From Octopus bimaculoides (lineage: Eukaryota), in assembly GCF_001194135.2 (NCBI RefSeq), contig NC_068990.1, forward strand, positions 6,471,643 through 6,535,642: a stretch of DNA of 64,000 nt, written 5' to 3'. The position numbers were made by a program, and so were the translations under genes. This document shows, piece by piece, positions 25,340 to 39,040 of this stretch; the stretch's first letter is position 1; every line of letters starts with the position of its first letter. The notes under the pieces were generated by a model that was not told the origin of the DNA, made no database searches, and saw only the letters and a program-made list of their open reading frames with translations.

Positions 25340-25556
25340 ATATGTTTGTGTGTCTGTGTTTGTTCCCCCCCCCATAGCTTGACAACCGATGCTGGTGTGT
25401 TTATGTCCCCGTAACTTAGCGGTTCGGCAAATGAGACCGATAGAATAAGTACTAGGCTTCCAAAGAATAAGTCCTGGGTTCGATTTGCTCGACTAAAGGC
25501 GGTGCTCCAGCATGGCCACAGTCAAAAGACTGAAACAAGTAAAAGAGAGTAAAGAG
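25141..25556 (+). mobile_element. tRNA-derived SINE, family A, nested in an older repeat
   Basis: Full-length match; the flanks rejoin as AATTACAC-AT-TTCACTC, as in the 10900 copy. Confidence 0.93.
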
Positions 25557-26224
25557 TATTTCACTCTTCCTCTCCTCCCCATATCTCCCGGAATGAAAAG
25601 CAAAATTATTATAAGATTACACTTGCAGAAATCTTCGTAACTCTTTTCCTACTGGCAGAAGCCTCTGTCAAATGATAGAGTAAACTATATTATATCAACG
25701 AGGCTGAATAACATGAAGATATTTCAGTAGCTGTCATTTTACCAGCAACCAAAGATCAGAATTTTACCCTCTGCGCAAACATTGAATTTTCTGTGAGACT
25801 GAATTCGTAATTTATTCAAATGGACCTTCATTATCTATGAGAGATGTTAAAAATTATCATTAGGTTTTTGTGTTCTTTCTCCAACTAAAATGAAAATTTC
25901 ATTTCATTGTATACGCTGTTACGCATCACTTGAATTATATAAGCTCATGCCATTGCTTCACTTGTAATTAAAATAATATCGAATTTGTAATTCTTGCACT
26001 CACTTTTGACTGTGACCTTGAAAGTTACCTCGACCTGCCATTCACATTTATGCAATCTCAGGGCAATGCAATTATTTCTGTCAAGGATTACGCATAGTGC
26101 TGCAGATACTGTGACATTATCGAAAAAAGATAGCAGCATTGTGTACATTGATGTTACGCAGTGTTAAAACTTCTCTTTCAAATCTTTATATATCCATATA
26201 ATCCGATTATAATTCAGATAAATT

Positions 26225-26270
<46 letters not shown>

Positions 26271-28874
26271 AGTAAAAATATATACAAAAAAAGGGGTTTT
26301 GTATGATTGTGTATAGAGGAATATATTATTTTGTTTAAAAGAGTTCCAACTCTGTCTGTTTTTTATGTNNNNNNNNNNNNNNNNNNNNNNNNNNNNNNNN
26401 NNNNNNNNNNNNNNNNNNNNNNNNNNNNNNNNNNNNNNNNNNNNNNNNNNNNNNNNNNNNNNNNNNNNNNNNNNNNNNNNNNNNNNNNNNNNNNNNNNNN
26501 NNNNNNNNNNNNNNNNNNNNNNNNNNNNNNNNNNNNNNNNNNNNNNNNNNNNNNNNNNNNNNNNNNNNNNNNNNNNNNNNNNNNNNNNNNNNNNNNNNNN
26601 NNNNNNNNNNNNNNNNNNNNNNNNNNNNNNNNNNNNNNNNNNNNNNNNNNNNNNNNNNNNNNNNNNNNNNNNNNNNNNNNNNNNNNNNNNNNNNNNNNNN
26701 NNNNNNNNNNNNNNNNNNNNNNNNNNNNNNNNNNNNNNNNNNNNNNNNNNNNNNNNNNNNNNNNNNNNNNNNNNNNNNNNNNNNNNNNNNNNNNNNNNNN
26801 NNNNNNNNNNNNNNNNNNNNNNNNNNNNNNNNNNNNNNNNNNNNNNNNNNNNNNNNNNNNNNNNNNNNNNNNNNNNNNNNNNNNNNNNNNNNNNNNNNNN
26901 NNNNNNNNNNNNNNNNNNNNNNNNNNNNNNNNNNNNNNNNNNNNNNNNNNNNNNNNNNNNNNNNNNNNNNNNNNNNNNNNNNNNNNNNNNNNNNNNNNNN
27001 NNNNNNNNNNNNNNNNNNNNNNNNNNNNNNNNNNNNNNNNNNNNNNNNNNNNNNNNNNNNNNNNNNNNNNNNNNNNNNNNNNNNNNNNNNNNNNNNNNNN
27101 NNNNNNNNNNNNNNNNNNNNNNNNNNNNNNNNNNNNNNNNNNNNNNNNNNNNNNNNNNNNNNNNNNNNNNNNNNNNNNNNNNNNNNNNNNNNNNNGACCA
27201 GGGCATAGTGGCTAGTTTTTCAGGCTCCAGGAGTTGTTTGCCATGACTCTACAAGTAAGCAATGTTCGAGCACTGGACGAGTGCGTACAGAACAGTTTTG
27301 TCGCTTAGGGTGTATCTTGGGTAGGCACTGTTGTCAGTACTATCATGCCTTTAGAGTTTATCTCGAACTGGCAATGTCCCTCCCCGGAAGCATTATCAAG
27401 CTAAAGATTTCTGGAAATTCTGCATGTGACCTGGCCTGTAAGTCCTCCGGAACAGAGAAGTCGGTTGATTATCGTTGATAATGAGAATTGCATTGAAAAT
27501 GTCATCGCTCTTGCCCGCCATTAAATCTCTACAAAACGCCAGGCAAAGGGATGTGAGATCCTGATGACATTCTCGGTACCAAGCACTCGGCCTCGGTCAA
27601 AGCTTGATTCAAGACTGCAGTTCTATGAAAGAAACGAACGGCGGAAAAGCGAGTTTGACAAAAGACAACAACATCTGCTCACTGTCAAGGAAACATTGGA
27701 AATGCTGTAGCCCCAGTTCCAACGGATGTCTGTGTATCGTTAGCCATGGCATTCTTAGTCCTCCATTCAGCGGTGGGGTTAACCGATTGAAGAGTTAGGT
27801 GCAAAAGCTTCACAAAGTAGCTACCGACTAGATTTCTCGAATGTGCCATTCCAGGTCATATCTACAGAATACTCATTATTTTGTTGAGGATGGATTTCGT
27901 TGTCGTTTCGACGAAATTGTTCCCTCTCATCTATTTTTCTTGCTTTATGTTGAGTTTTCTTTATCTGTGATTTTTTCCTCTTTGTATTTTCATCAACCAT
28001 TTGGAATTTTCTTCTGCAATTATTATTGCTTTCTCATCATACAATGAAGGCGTGGTACTAAAGCTTGATATTGTTAGGGAACGGGTTAGTTGCTCATCAG
28101 TTTCTAGAGTTTTGGCTGGCGGTGCTCTGGCGGTGCTCTAGGTTTTTCGTTCTTGCTGCTTATTTTTATTAATTTTCTTTTTCTAATTTTTCTGTCTTGT
28201 TTTTTTTTTGTTTGTTTTTAGTCCTTCAGGTATTCAGCTCTAAGATTAGTTTTATTCCAACAAATATAGATTCGAAACTTGTGTTACTAATATTATTCCT
28301 CTGTCTCGGCGCTTTCTACAAGGTACTGTGATCTTCGGTGGTTATTAGGACATGTAAATCCATTTTGAAGTCACTTCACCAGAGGTCAACTTTCACTACG
28401 CATGCTTTGACTACCCCCATCCCTCCATCCCGTACTGCCGTACAAAAATCACTGCTAACCAGTCTCTTATGTCTCTTATTAGGAATTTTGTATGTCTTTA
28501 CCCATATACCGAAGCACAAATGAATAGGCAAATATATGTCTGACAATTTCAGCTTATTTTGTTTGTATTTTCAAATTTAGAGGTGTATTAAATAATGCCA
28601 TAACTTTAACCGTTATCAATGGAAAGAACTTCTTTGACTATTCCTGAAGTGCCTGTTATATTACTTGATGGGAGTCATTGCATTGAGGATATGAAAATGC
28701 AATGAGTGTAAATACAAACCTCTTTGTTTTCTGCCGCCTACTCTGGGTATTGAGGGAAGCCTTGTCATGGGCAATTACAGTTATTTTTATAAGTATTTCA
28801 AAGAGATTTCCATTTGATAAAACTTAAATAGACTGTTTCGAAGAATAAAAAATATGTCTCTACATTACGAGAGT

Positions 28875-29208
28875 CAAAGTCGACCTCTGCGGAATTTGAA
28901 CTCAAATCGTAAAGGGTCAGAAGAAATGCCGCTAAGCATTTTGTATTTCATGCTTACGATTCTGTTAGCTTGTCGTCTTATTCTCTTTAATATTGGTACA
29001 AGGTCATCGGTTAAGAAGGGAGGGGCGAGTCAATTACATCGATCCCGAGTCAATTACATCGATCCCAGTACTTGACAGGTACTTTATTTTATTAACCCCT
29101 AAATGACGAAAGGCAAAGTCGACTTCGGTGAAATTTGAACACAGAACGTAAAGATCTGTAACGGTTACTGCTTGGTATTTTCTTCAATTCTACTAGCTCG
29201 CCGCCTTA
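28875..29208 (-). mobile_element. Two adjacent family C SINE copies (one partial, one full)
   Basis: AAAGTCGACCTCTGCGGAATTTGAACTC...; the second copy has a 20-bp tandem duplication of GAGTCAATTACATCGATCCC. Confidence 0.8.
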
Positions 29209-29957
29209 ACCAGTCAAATTTTCTTGCTTGTCTGTTTACCATCACTCCGACTTAAAAATAAAGAGGAACCTCGAAATAAATATTCTGTATGTTTTGTCAA
29301 ATAGAATCTTATTACAAATTATAACAATGATATGCAGAAATGCATGGATTTTATAGATACCCCTGTATTTTCTCAAGGGAAAATACAGCAGAAAGATTAT
29401 CCAACTACAACGAGTCAGAGAACATGATAATTCAAAGAAAAGTAAATTTTAACCTCAAGCTACTTCATGGCTGTTGTAAATGCTCCTGCATCATACAGAC
29501 GGTTGGTACATTGATGCTAGAAAGAAAAGAAGATACACAAATATAATTTAGAATGAACATGAATAATTAGTCTGAAAAATATATATAACTACATGAGAAA
29601 CAATAAAGTACACAAGAATACAGGGTGCGTAAGGAATTTGAGGACATACATTTTTGGGGTCATTGCTGCATTTTTGCTAACTCTGTATAATCTTTGTTTT
29701 GGAAAATAATAACGGCAGACACTCACCTTACTTAAGGCATGCTGTTATTGTGGTTGTAAAGGCTGAGCATAGCGATTTAGAAATACCATGTGTTTCAGTA
29801 AGACTCTACACAATCACACATGGTCTGCATATATATTGCCCCATCATATACATGTCGGTAATTGAAAATCTACTCCTCCAAATGCAACAGAATAATTGAA
29901 CATTAAAAAAATGTAATTCAATTAGAACAGAAGAAGTGTACGTTCGAGTCCAAGCAC

Positions 29958-29996
<39 letters not shown>

Positions 29997-30326
29997 GCAC
30001 ACACACACGCACGCACGCACGCACGAAAATACACACAACTCTTCTCGTTCCACTTCTTGTCTCAACCTTCTTTTATTTTTTGATCGTGTTTTCTCATGTA
30101 CCAGCGTCCTGGCCTTCCAGAAGCCTAACCATGTACACTGAACCTGAAAGACTGCTTGGAGACATAAGGCACGTGTTATATAATTCTGCCGAATTATCGT
30201 ATCTCCGTGGAATGAAACTATTAATAGCTCTTCTTTTGATACTTTGCACCATAAATGACATTTACCTCTAACTAGATGGAGTACTTTTTAGTTGATCCTG
30301 CATATAACGGGACAGTAAACTATACA

Positions 30327-30400
30327 CAGTAATCCCTCGCTATATCACGGTTCACCTATCGCGGTTTATCATTTAAGCTTACGTTGATTCGTCTGTGGTG
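30327..30400 (+). mobile_element. pogo/Tigger-like terminal inverted repeat fragment
   Basis: CAGTAATCCCTCGCTATATCACGGTTCACCTATCGCGG. Confidence 0.5.
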
Positions 30401-30477
30401 TTGTTTTGCGTTTATAATAAAATAGGCATTGTCTCGTTTGAAACAGCATAGATAAATATATAGAAATCATAAGAATG

Positions 30478-30525
<48 letters not shown>

Positions 30526-30741
30526 ATATTTTTCCAATTTATAATTAACGTTTATTGTTTGTATTTAACTTCCAATTTTCATTAGTTATGGAATTTACAG
30601 GTAGGATAGAGCCACTGTTTTGGAATTCATCTTTGAAGGATATCCCCATCCCATCTAGAAAGGATTATATTTTATTAATTTTTCTATATGTGACAGTGGA
30701 TTTTCATCGATGAGTTCATGAACCTTGGTTCTTTTCCCTAA

Positions 30742-30769
<28 letters not shown>

Positions 30770-30772
<3 letters not shown>

Positions 30773-30985
30773 GCCTGCCCACCTGACTTGTGCTCCCCTC
30801 AACTGTGTGTGAATGCTTGGCAGATCAGCTCGAGAAAAAACCCCTTTGTCTGAGAGCTTGCGTTTCCAGGTGATATTCAGCAGATCACTGAGACAGTTAA
30901 TGTGAAAGCTGTTTAGCTTTTTGGCGTGGTGTTCGTAAACCGTCCAAGTTTCGCTGGCGTACAGTAGCATATGAGTTGACAGAAA
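30770..30985 (-). mobile_element. RTE-clade LINE fragment (RT thumb region)
   Basis: MLLYASETWTVYEHHAKKLNSFHINCLSDLLNITWK...DLPSIHTQLRGAQVRWAG. Confidence 0.9.
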
Positions 30986-31399
30986 ACTTACAGATCTGAT
31001 GTTATCTATGGTGTATCAAATAGCTAATAAAATTAATTAACAGTGATTTGAAAATTACAACTTCTGGACATTTGATGTTCTGCTAAACCGGTGCTGCGAT
31101 TACTATAGACAGGAGTAGCGAAGATCGATCGCAGTGAGAAGAAACAACCAAACAGGATAATCTCTCTCCGGGTAATTGACAAATTTAGAAAAAAAAAAAA
31201 AATAGTGGACAGTTAGATGTATTCATTCATTAAGTGTAAAGTGAATAATAACTTCACAAACCACCAGCTGAAACTGTATGATAGAATATTTAAATTCTAT
31301 GGGAATTCTAGGCAACAAGAGATACAAATAGGCCGCCTAATGGTCTTTAAGCACGAACTCCATGTAATAAGTCAGCAATTTCTTTACATCTATAAATAC

Positions 31400-31770
31400 G
31401 TGGAGGCGCAATGGCCCAGTGGTTAGGGCAGCGGACTCGCGGTCATAGGATCGCGGTTTCGATTCCCAAACCGGGCGTTGTGAGTGTTTATTGAGCGAAA
31501 ACACCTAAAGCTCCACGAGGCTCCGGCAGGGGATGGTGGCGAACAACTTTCACCACAACTTTCTCTCACTCTTACTTCCTGTTTCTGTTGTGCCTGTAAT
31601 TCAAAGGCTCAGCCTTGTCACACTGTGTCACGCTGAATATCCCCGAGAACTACGTTAAGGGTACACGTGTCTGTGGAGTGCTCAGCCACTTGCACGTTAA
31701 TTTCACGAGCAGGCTGTTCCGTTGATCGGATCAACTGGAACCCTCGACGTCGTAAGCGATGGAGTGCCAA
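31400..31770 (+). mobile_element. tRNA-derived SINE, family B
   Basis: A/B boxes and body match the 23445 and 37679 copies; followed by (CA)n. Confidence 0.93.
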
Positions 31771-31778
31771 CCACATAA

Positions 31779-31830
<52 letters not shown>

Positions 31831-31914
31831 GTGTGTGTATATATATTTAAAGCCATCGAGGACGAAAAGTCATCAATCGCAAATTTGCAATAATCTCACA
31901 AACAATATATCGTT

Positions 31915-33560
31915 GTGTGAGAGGCTATAGCATAAAGGGCGTGAAAGGCCCTCCTTGGGTGATCAGGAATCATTGTGAGGAAGGATCTGGTATGTAAACA
32001 AATAGCACAAACATGATGCAGATTGAGAGATGAGCTACAGATCGAGTACTGTGGTGTCTCCCAAAACTTATTAATACCAATAGTGAAATTCTCCTGACGT
32101 TTGTTATAAAACTGCTGAACAGGAAATCACATGGGAGGGACCAGATATTCGGATAAGAAAGCTCACAGTTTACACAACAGCCTCGTGAAGGTGTTAAAAA
32201 ATACAGTGAATGTTGATATTGGTGTACCAGATTGACTGGTAAGTTGCATGTATAATGGTCGTAGATAAAAAACCTGGAGATGCAAGAAGTAAAAAACTAC
32301 AAAGCTATAAGAGTGATTGAATGAGACGTATAAATTATACACAGACCGCTTGAATGCATTCCTCCCAAATCACTGCGAGACACACAGTATAGTGGCTAAA
32401 GAGCAGGTAGGAAGAAAGAAAGATTTTTATTACCAAGGCTGTCGTTAAAGAAGCGAAGCAGCACCGGCAAAACCTGCTAACTATATGGTTAGATTATAAG
32501 ATGGTATTTGAGTCTGTTCCTCACTCATGGATAATAGAATTACTACGACTTGCTTAAGTTCCAAAAGCTATAGTCAATACCTTTAAGAAGCTGACAAGAT
32601 AGTGAACAGAGCTTTCGATAAGAACTGAATCTACCACTATTGTCATTAACAGAATTAAGCTATCGACAGGAATATTTCAGGATGACAGCTTATCTGTTAT
32701 ACTTTTCGTCCTTGCATTGAACATTTTGTCAGCCCTGATAAGAGCTACAGATGAAAGAAAAATTAATTTCACCTACACCATTTACTGTTGATGGCCTTAA
32801 TCTGTATTCGAGTAATATTCACGACACCAAGAAGCATATAGAACTGGTTGTAACTTTCACACGGGGCATAAGAATAACGTTTGATCAGAATAAGTACCCA
32901 GGTAGTCAAACGAGGAAAGCTCGTCGATTAGGCAAGGAATATGCATATCAATGGCCTGTCTATCTCGCCAACCACAAGTGTTGAGTGTTATAAATATCTT
33001 GAGATCGACAACAATATCGCATATATTAGTGCTGTGAGTAAAGCTAGAGTGATAAAAGAATACATCAGCAGACTTCAAAAAATCGTGGAGGGCAGTGCTG
33101 TCTACATTCAATAAAACTATATCCCACAGTGATTTTGCAGTGCCAATACTACGACAAATATTTGGGACACTAAACTGGACATTTGAAGACATTTTCAACT
33201 TGGACATCAGGAATAGGAAGGTACTAACAATGACTGGTAACTTCCACTTCAACAATGTCACTGGCAGGATCTATGTTAAACGGAGGGATGGAGGTAGGAA
33301 CATAAGATCGGTCTAGACAGCTTTTGAATACCACATTATGTCACTTAGACAACTCTCACTGAACAGTGGAGAAAGAAATGAGTACATTATATGTATACTC
33401 AGCTGTGAAGGTAATAATATGAGATTGAGGGAAGAATACCTGAACAAATACTCCGAGTTTATAGCTACTCAATGTGAATCTAGGGTGGCTGAACTGATCT
33501 ATTTAAATAGAGACTTGGAAGAGAACTACTCATTAACTCAGCACATATCCTGGGTACATA
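31915..33560 (+). mobile_element. Degenerate R4/Dong-clade LINE RT region
   Basis: WLDYKMVFESVPHSW; GIFQDDSLSVILFVLALN; VDGLNLY (cf. DDLKLY); FAVPILRQIFGTLNW...DIRNRKVLTMTGNFH...RIYVKRRDGGR. Confidence 0.88.
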
Positions 33561-35785
33561 TCCTACAAGCTACAAAAATAAATGCTTCAAAATTTGGATC
33601 CTGTAGAAAATCCCTGTTGATTGAAATTGCGTTCCACAATTGTTTACCACTTTCGTCTTCTCCCAAACTTATTTCATCATCCTAAAAAAAGAGAAGTTTT
33701 CTCAAACCATGATTGCTTTAGTTTTGCCCACAATGCTGCTGTTGTTTTCATTTCAGTTGCTTGTTTAGCATCAACTGTTGACATTTCCTCACCACTAGTC
33801 ATATTAAAAAGCAATTTTTTACAACGGTTTAGGTCTTTTTAAAAATGTTTTTCAAGGTACGAGTAATTTCTAGATTCAACGTTCGTGAAACTGTTGTGCA
33901 ATTTGACGGAAGATACTCGACTTAAATATTATTTTAATAAAGCTCTTGTGAAAAACTGGTGTCTATCAACAATGAAAATTTTCATTTTATTTCTCGTCAC
34001 CAAAGTTGATTTTATTGAAATCATATTTAACTGGATTATACTTTACATTTTTTAAACAACTTAGATTTGTTTCTCAGTAACAATGGAACGTGATTCCTCA
34101 GTTCCTGTCGCCTTACTGCTCACAACAAGGCTTAAAGCGCCAGTTTCTTCCCTCCTTTGCAGTAGTCTCTGTTGGTTGCCAGAGTGCGATGAGGTAATTA
34201 ATATGACTTCATTGTTGCAAGAAATTATTTTTATTAATCGATCTTTTCACTTAATGCTTTTTTGTTTCTGTACCACATATTACTTGGGCTGTTATCCTAC
34301 ATCACTCATGAAACCGCTTCAGTTATCTGAACTCCGGGTGACACAAATGTTTGACCACACCCAAAGCTTTCTCTTGAATAAGCGGCCTGTAAACTGAAAT
34401 GCTTATTTCCCTTAACTTTGTAAACCATATACGTATGGACCATCAATATCTTCGTACATCCCGGCCAATATGCGTTCGCGTTGTGGACCAAGAGTTACTT
34501 CTTTTGGTTTTTATTTAGCTTTAGACTGATCCTTAACAATCATAGGCAATGTCGACGAAATGATGCTAAACTACAATGTAATATCTTTCTTCTTTTGTAA
34601 GAATCAACAACTTTTAGAATTCCCAACATTTTAGAAACAAAAACTGCCTTTTCTTCGCTATGTCCTCCATAATTTACACAAAACCATAATAACGTATTTG
34701 TATCCTTTACGAACCAAAAATAGAAATTTCGCAAAACGAACAAAACACTTAAATTAACCTTTTTCGTGTATGCAAAAATATCTAAATTCCTAAAGTCAAC
34801 TCCACAAAGAATCAATTGAAGATTATTAAGAAGGAATCAGATTCTTCTTTTCAAATAAATATTCGTCTGTAAGTTTGATGTTACGGGCTGTTACCTCAAA
34901 AATATTCTTAGTTTACGCATTTAATATGAAAAAACAAAACAAAAAAAAACGCGGTAGTAATCTAGACAGAACATTAATTATCAAAAATACACCAACGAGG
35001 ATGTTCAAGCGTACCTAAGCGTACTGTACCTAAGTAGTCCTGACATTTACCAAAGCTTCAAAGAACACGAAAGACAGAGAGTTGTTGATTACGTGTTCAA
35101 TCTTTTTGCGTGCCAATATTCGAAATATCGTATACATAAAGATGTAGGACTGAGGGCTGTATTCTTTGATATCAGTATCTTGTTAAGAAGTTATATGTGC
35201 AAGGGAGGAAGTGGGATGGAATTTCTTACCGTTACAGCAAGAAATTTGGGCTACTTGCAAGTTGGATTGAAATATAATTTGTAATAAGTTGTAATAAATT
35301 TCGTTATAACGATGTTCCTTAACATCGCTTCAAGAGGCTTGTGGCGAGGATTGAAAAAATTCGTTATACAGAGAAATGTTATAAGAGTATTCGTTACAAC
35401 GGAATTTCACTAGTGTGCGTTCACGCACACACACACACAGTGTTGCGTGCGTGCATAGTTTCTGTTGAGGTTCTGAAAAAGGCATTCTGTAAAACTTAAC
35501 GGTTGGCAAGGCGTAGAATATTAAATTCATATGAAGTAAATAGCAATAAGAAAATCTCAGCAACAGCGTCGCTTTCTTCGAAAAGCAAGCAAGATATCCT
35601 TTATTCCCCTTTTTAACAGAATTATCCGACTTCAAAACGCGCTTTAGTCTTCGTTCGACTCACTGAACGAAGAGGCAGTTTAAGTGTATGTAAATGTTTC
35701 TCTCATGCAGATGAACGTGCACACATGAACACGCGCGCGAGCAGACATAGTGATACATCTATTCATATAAACACACACACACACA

Positions 35786-35826
<41 letters not shown>

Positions 35827-35889
35827 ATGTATATATATATATATATATATATATTTGCACGCACACGTGTGTGCGCGCGTGTGTATATA

Positions 35890-36420
35890 TTCTTTTATTC
35901 GTTTGTCATTTAACTGCGGTCATACTGGAGCACCGACTTAAGTCGAACAATTCGACCACAGGACATATTCTTTGTAAGCCTTGTACTTGTATCAAAATTC
36001 AATAAATGGAGACAAATTCAGGTATCAAGTTAATCCTGGTCAAAACCCAACACATATTCAAGCCGGGACTATAACAATATATATACATGCATGTACATTT
36101 ATTATACCATATATATTTCTTCATACAATCCCTTTCGAAATCAAGGTTGGATGACAGCGTGCATACACATTTACAGATGAATATATACGATTAAATTAAA
36201 AGGTCAGATGACAGTGATTTAAAAGAAAGTCCTCGAATGAATCAAATAAAATGAAAAACATCTCATATATATGTATATATATATAACGGGCTTCTTTCAC
36301 TTTCTGTCCACCAAATTCACTCACAAGGCTTTTAATCGGCCCTGGGTTATAGAAGACACTTGCCCAAGGTGCCACGTAGCGGGATTGAATCCGAAACCAT
36401 GTGGGTACGAAGCAAGCTTC
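35890..36420 (-). mobile_element. Diverged family A-type SINE fragments (tail about 35890-35990; head about 36283-36420)
   Basis: ACTGCGGTCATACTGGAGCACCG and CGGGCTTCTTTCACTTTCTGTCCACCAAATTCACTCACAAGGCTT...ACACTTGCCCAAGG. Confidence 0.75.
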
Positions 36421-37678
36421 ATGTATGTATGTATGTATGTATGTATGTATGTATATATGTATGTATGTATGTATGTGTTTGTGTGTGTATGTATGTATGT
36501 ATGTATATATGTATGTGTTTGTATGTGTATGTGTGTATGTGTGTGTGTTTGTGCGTGTCTGAGACACCGTTTATCTAATTAGCTGTATAAGTCTCATCAT
36601 CACTATGGACTTAGATTCTTTAGTATCCTAAAGTGTACCTGTCTACATCTAAACTATTACAAACTTTTACATTCCAGACTCTTCATGATTCCCTGCTGTA
36701 TGTATGTGTGTGTGTGTGTATATTTGTGTGTGTGTGTTTGTGTNNNNNNNNNNNNNNNNNNNNNNNNNNNNNNNNNNNNNNNNNNNNNNNNNNNNNNNNN
36801 NNNNNNNNNNNNNNNNNNNNNNNNNNNNNNNNNNNNNNNNNNNNNNNNNNNNNNNNNNNNNNNNNNNNNNNNNNNNNNNNNNNNNNNNNNNNNNNNNNNN
36901 NNNNNNNNNNNNNNNNNNNNNNNNNNNNNNNNNNNNNNNNNNNNNNNNNNNNNNNNNNNNNNNNNNNNNNNNNNNNNNNNNNNNNNNNNNNNNNNNNNNN
37001 NNNNNNNNNNNNNNNNNNNNNNNNNNNNNNNNNNNNNNNNNNNNNNNNNNNNNNNNNNNNNNNNNNNNNNNNNNNNNNNNNNNNNNNNNNNNNNNNNNNN
37101 NNNNNNNNNNNNNNNNNNNNNNNNNNNNNNNNNNNNNNNNNNNNNNNNNNNNNNNNNNNNNNNNNNNNNNNNNNATATATGTGTGTGTGTGTGTGTATAT
37201 ATATAATATATACATACGTCCAAATACCTGACTTTAAGCGGTTCCAAACGGAATGTTGCTGAAGACTTCAAGAACTTATGTGGTTGGGTGAGTAGTTTGG
37301 AAGCAGACATGAAGACCAGGAAGTCACAAGCATGGAGAGCCTGTCACAAGCGAAAGAAGGTCTGGAACTCCAAATTACACAGGCAAATTAAAATCATGCT
37401 GATCCTTGTAACTATCGAATCGGTGCTATTATATGACTGTGAAACAAGGACACCGACAAAGAAATTACCAAATGTGCTAAATGGATGCTATACAAGGATG
37501 TTTTGAATGGTCCTATATGTGAAATGGCAGCAGCATATGAGAAATGATTGACTTTATGGAGACCTGCCGAAAGGTAGCGAAATCAGGCGAAGACGTCAGT
37601 GATTGCGTACGCCATCCTTTACTAGTGGAATCCAAATTAGTCCTGTGGAACCCATTTCATGGTGATGTATGAAGTAGA

Positions 37679-38019
37679 GTGGAGGCGCAATGGCTCAGTG
37701 GTTAGGGCAGCAGACTCGCGGTCATAGGATCGCGGTTTCGATTCCTAGATCGGGCGTTGTGAGTGTTTATTGAGCGAAAACACATAAAGCTCCACGAGGC
37801 TCCGGCAGGGGATGGTGGTGAACCCTGCTGTACTCTTTCACCACAACTTTCTCTCACTCTTACTTCCTGTTTCTGTTGTGCCTGTAATTCAAAGGGTACA
37901 CGTGTCTGTGGAGTGCTCAGCCACTTGCACGTTAATTTCACGAGCAGGCTGTTCCATTGATCAGATCAACTGGAACCCTCGACGTCGTAAGCGACGGAGT
38001 GCCAACAAAAAACAAAAAA
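37679..38019 (+). mobile_element. Family B SINE with an internal deletion
   Basis: CAAAGGGTACACGTG junction lacks the roughly 55-bp segment present in the 31400 copy. Confidence 0.92.
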
Positions 38020-38301
38020 GGAAGTACAAAGCGTCGTCNNNNNNNNNNNNNNNNNNNNNNNNNNNNNNNNNNNNNNNNNNNNNNNNNNNNNNNNNNNNNN
38101 NNNNNNNNNNNNNNNNNNNNNNNNNNNNNNNNNNNNNNNNNNNNNNNNNNNNNNNNNNNNNNNNNNNNNNNNNNNNNNNNNNNNNNNNNNNNNNNNNNNN
38201 NNNNNNNNNNNNNNNNNNNNNNNNNNNNNNNNNNNNNNNNNNNNNNNNNNNNNNNNNNNNNNNNNNNNNNNNNNNNNNNNNNNNNNNNNNNNNNNNNNAG
38301 A

Positions 38302-38643
38302 GTGGAGGCGCAATGGCTCAGTGGTTAGGGCAGCAGACTCGCGGTCATAGGATCGCGGTTTCGATTCCTAGATCGGGCGTTGTGAGTGTTTATTGAGCGA
38401 AAACACCTAAAGCTCTACGAGGCTCCAGCAGGGGGTGGTGGCGAACCCTGCTGTACTCTTCCACCACAACTTTCTCTCACTCTTACTTCCTGTTTCTGTT
38501 GTGCCTGTAATTCAAAGGGTACACGTGTCTGTGGAGTGCTCAGCCACTTGCACGTTAATTTCACGAGCAGGCTGTTCCATTGATCAGATCAACTGGAACC
38601 CTCGACGTCGTAAGCGACGGAGTGCCAACAAAAAACAAAAAAG
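38302..38643 (+). mobile_element. Near-identical second copy of the 37679 SINE across a gap
   Basis: Same deletion, same CAACAAAAAACAAAAAAG tail and same GAAGTACAAAGCGTCGTC flank. Confidence 0.9.
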
Positions 38644-39040
38644 GAAGTACAAAGCGTCGTCACACATACATTGACAACTTGATTGCAGATACTGGCCTGG
38701 AATGTATCCAGGACTCCGAGGCAGTGATGATGGACCGGAAAGTGTGTCAGGTGGACTTTGTTGCTGCGGCCCGGTTTGGAAATCGGGCATAATAATAAAA
38801 TCCATATACATACGTATACATACATACACACAGATATATACACACATTGATACGTACATATTTGTATACCTTATAAAAACACCCTGCAGTATTGAAACAC
38901 TTATAAAGTATAAAACTGTACAATTGTAAAATATTACAATAAATCAATATACACTCTTTTAATGAGCTCTCACCTTTTTCGAGTCTCTCTCTCCCTGGAT
39001 TTGGGATGTACAGCATAAATTATATGCATAAAATAATAAT

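Larger units (their letters stand above)
37205..38795 (+). mobile_element. RTE-like LINE 3' fragment interrupted by a family B SINE (37205-37677, resumes 38644-38795)
   Basis: DMKTRKSQAWRACHKRKKVWNS...IESVLLYDCET...LNGCYTRM, then YIDNLIADTGL...MMDRKV; AATAATAAAA tail. Confidence 0.85.

Noticed and set aside
31400-31475. tRNA genes at the SINE heads (also 20231, 23445, 63474)
   Set aside because: A/B boxes are present but there is no complete cloverleaf or 3' acceptor stem; each continues into a SINE body
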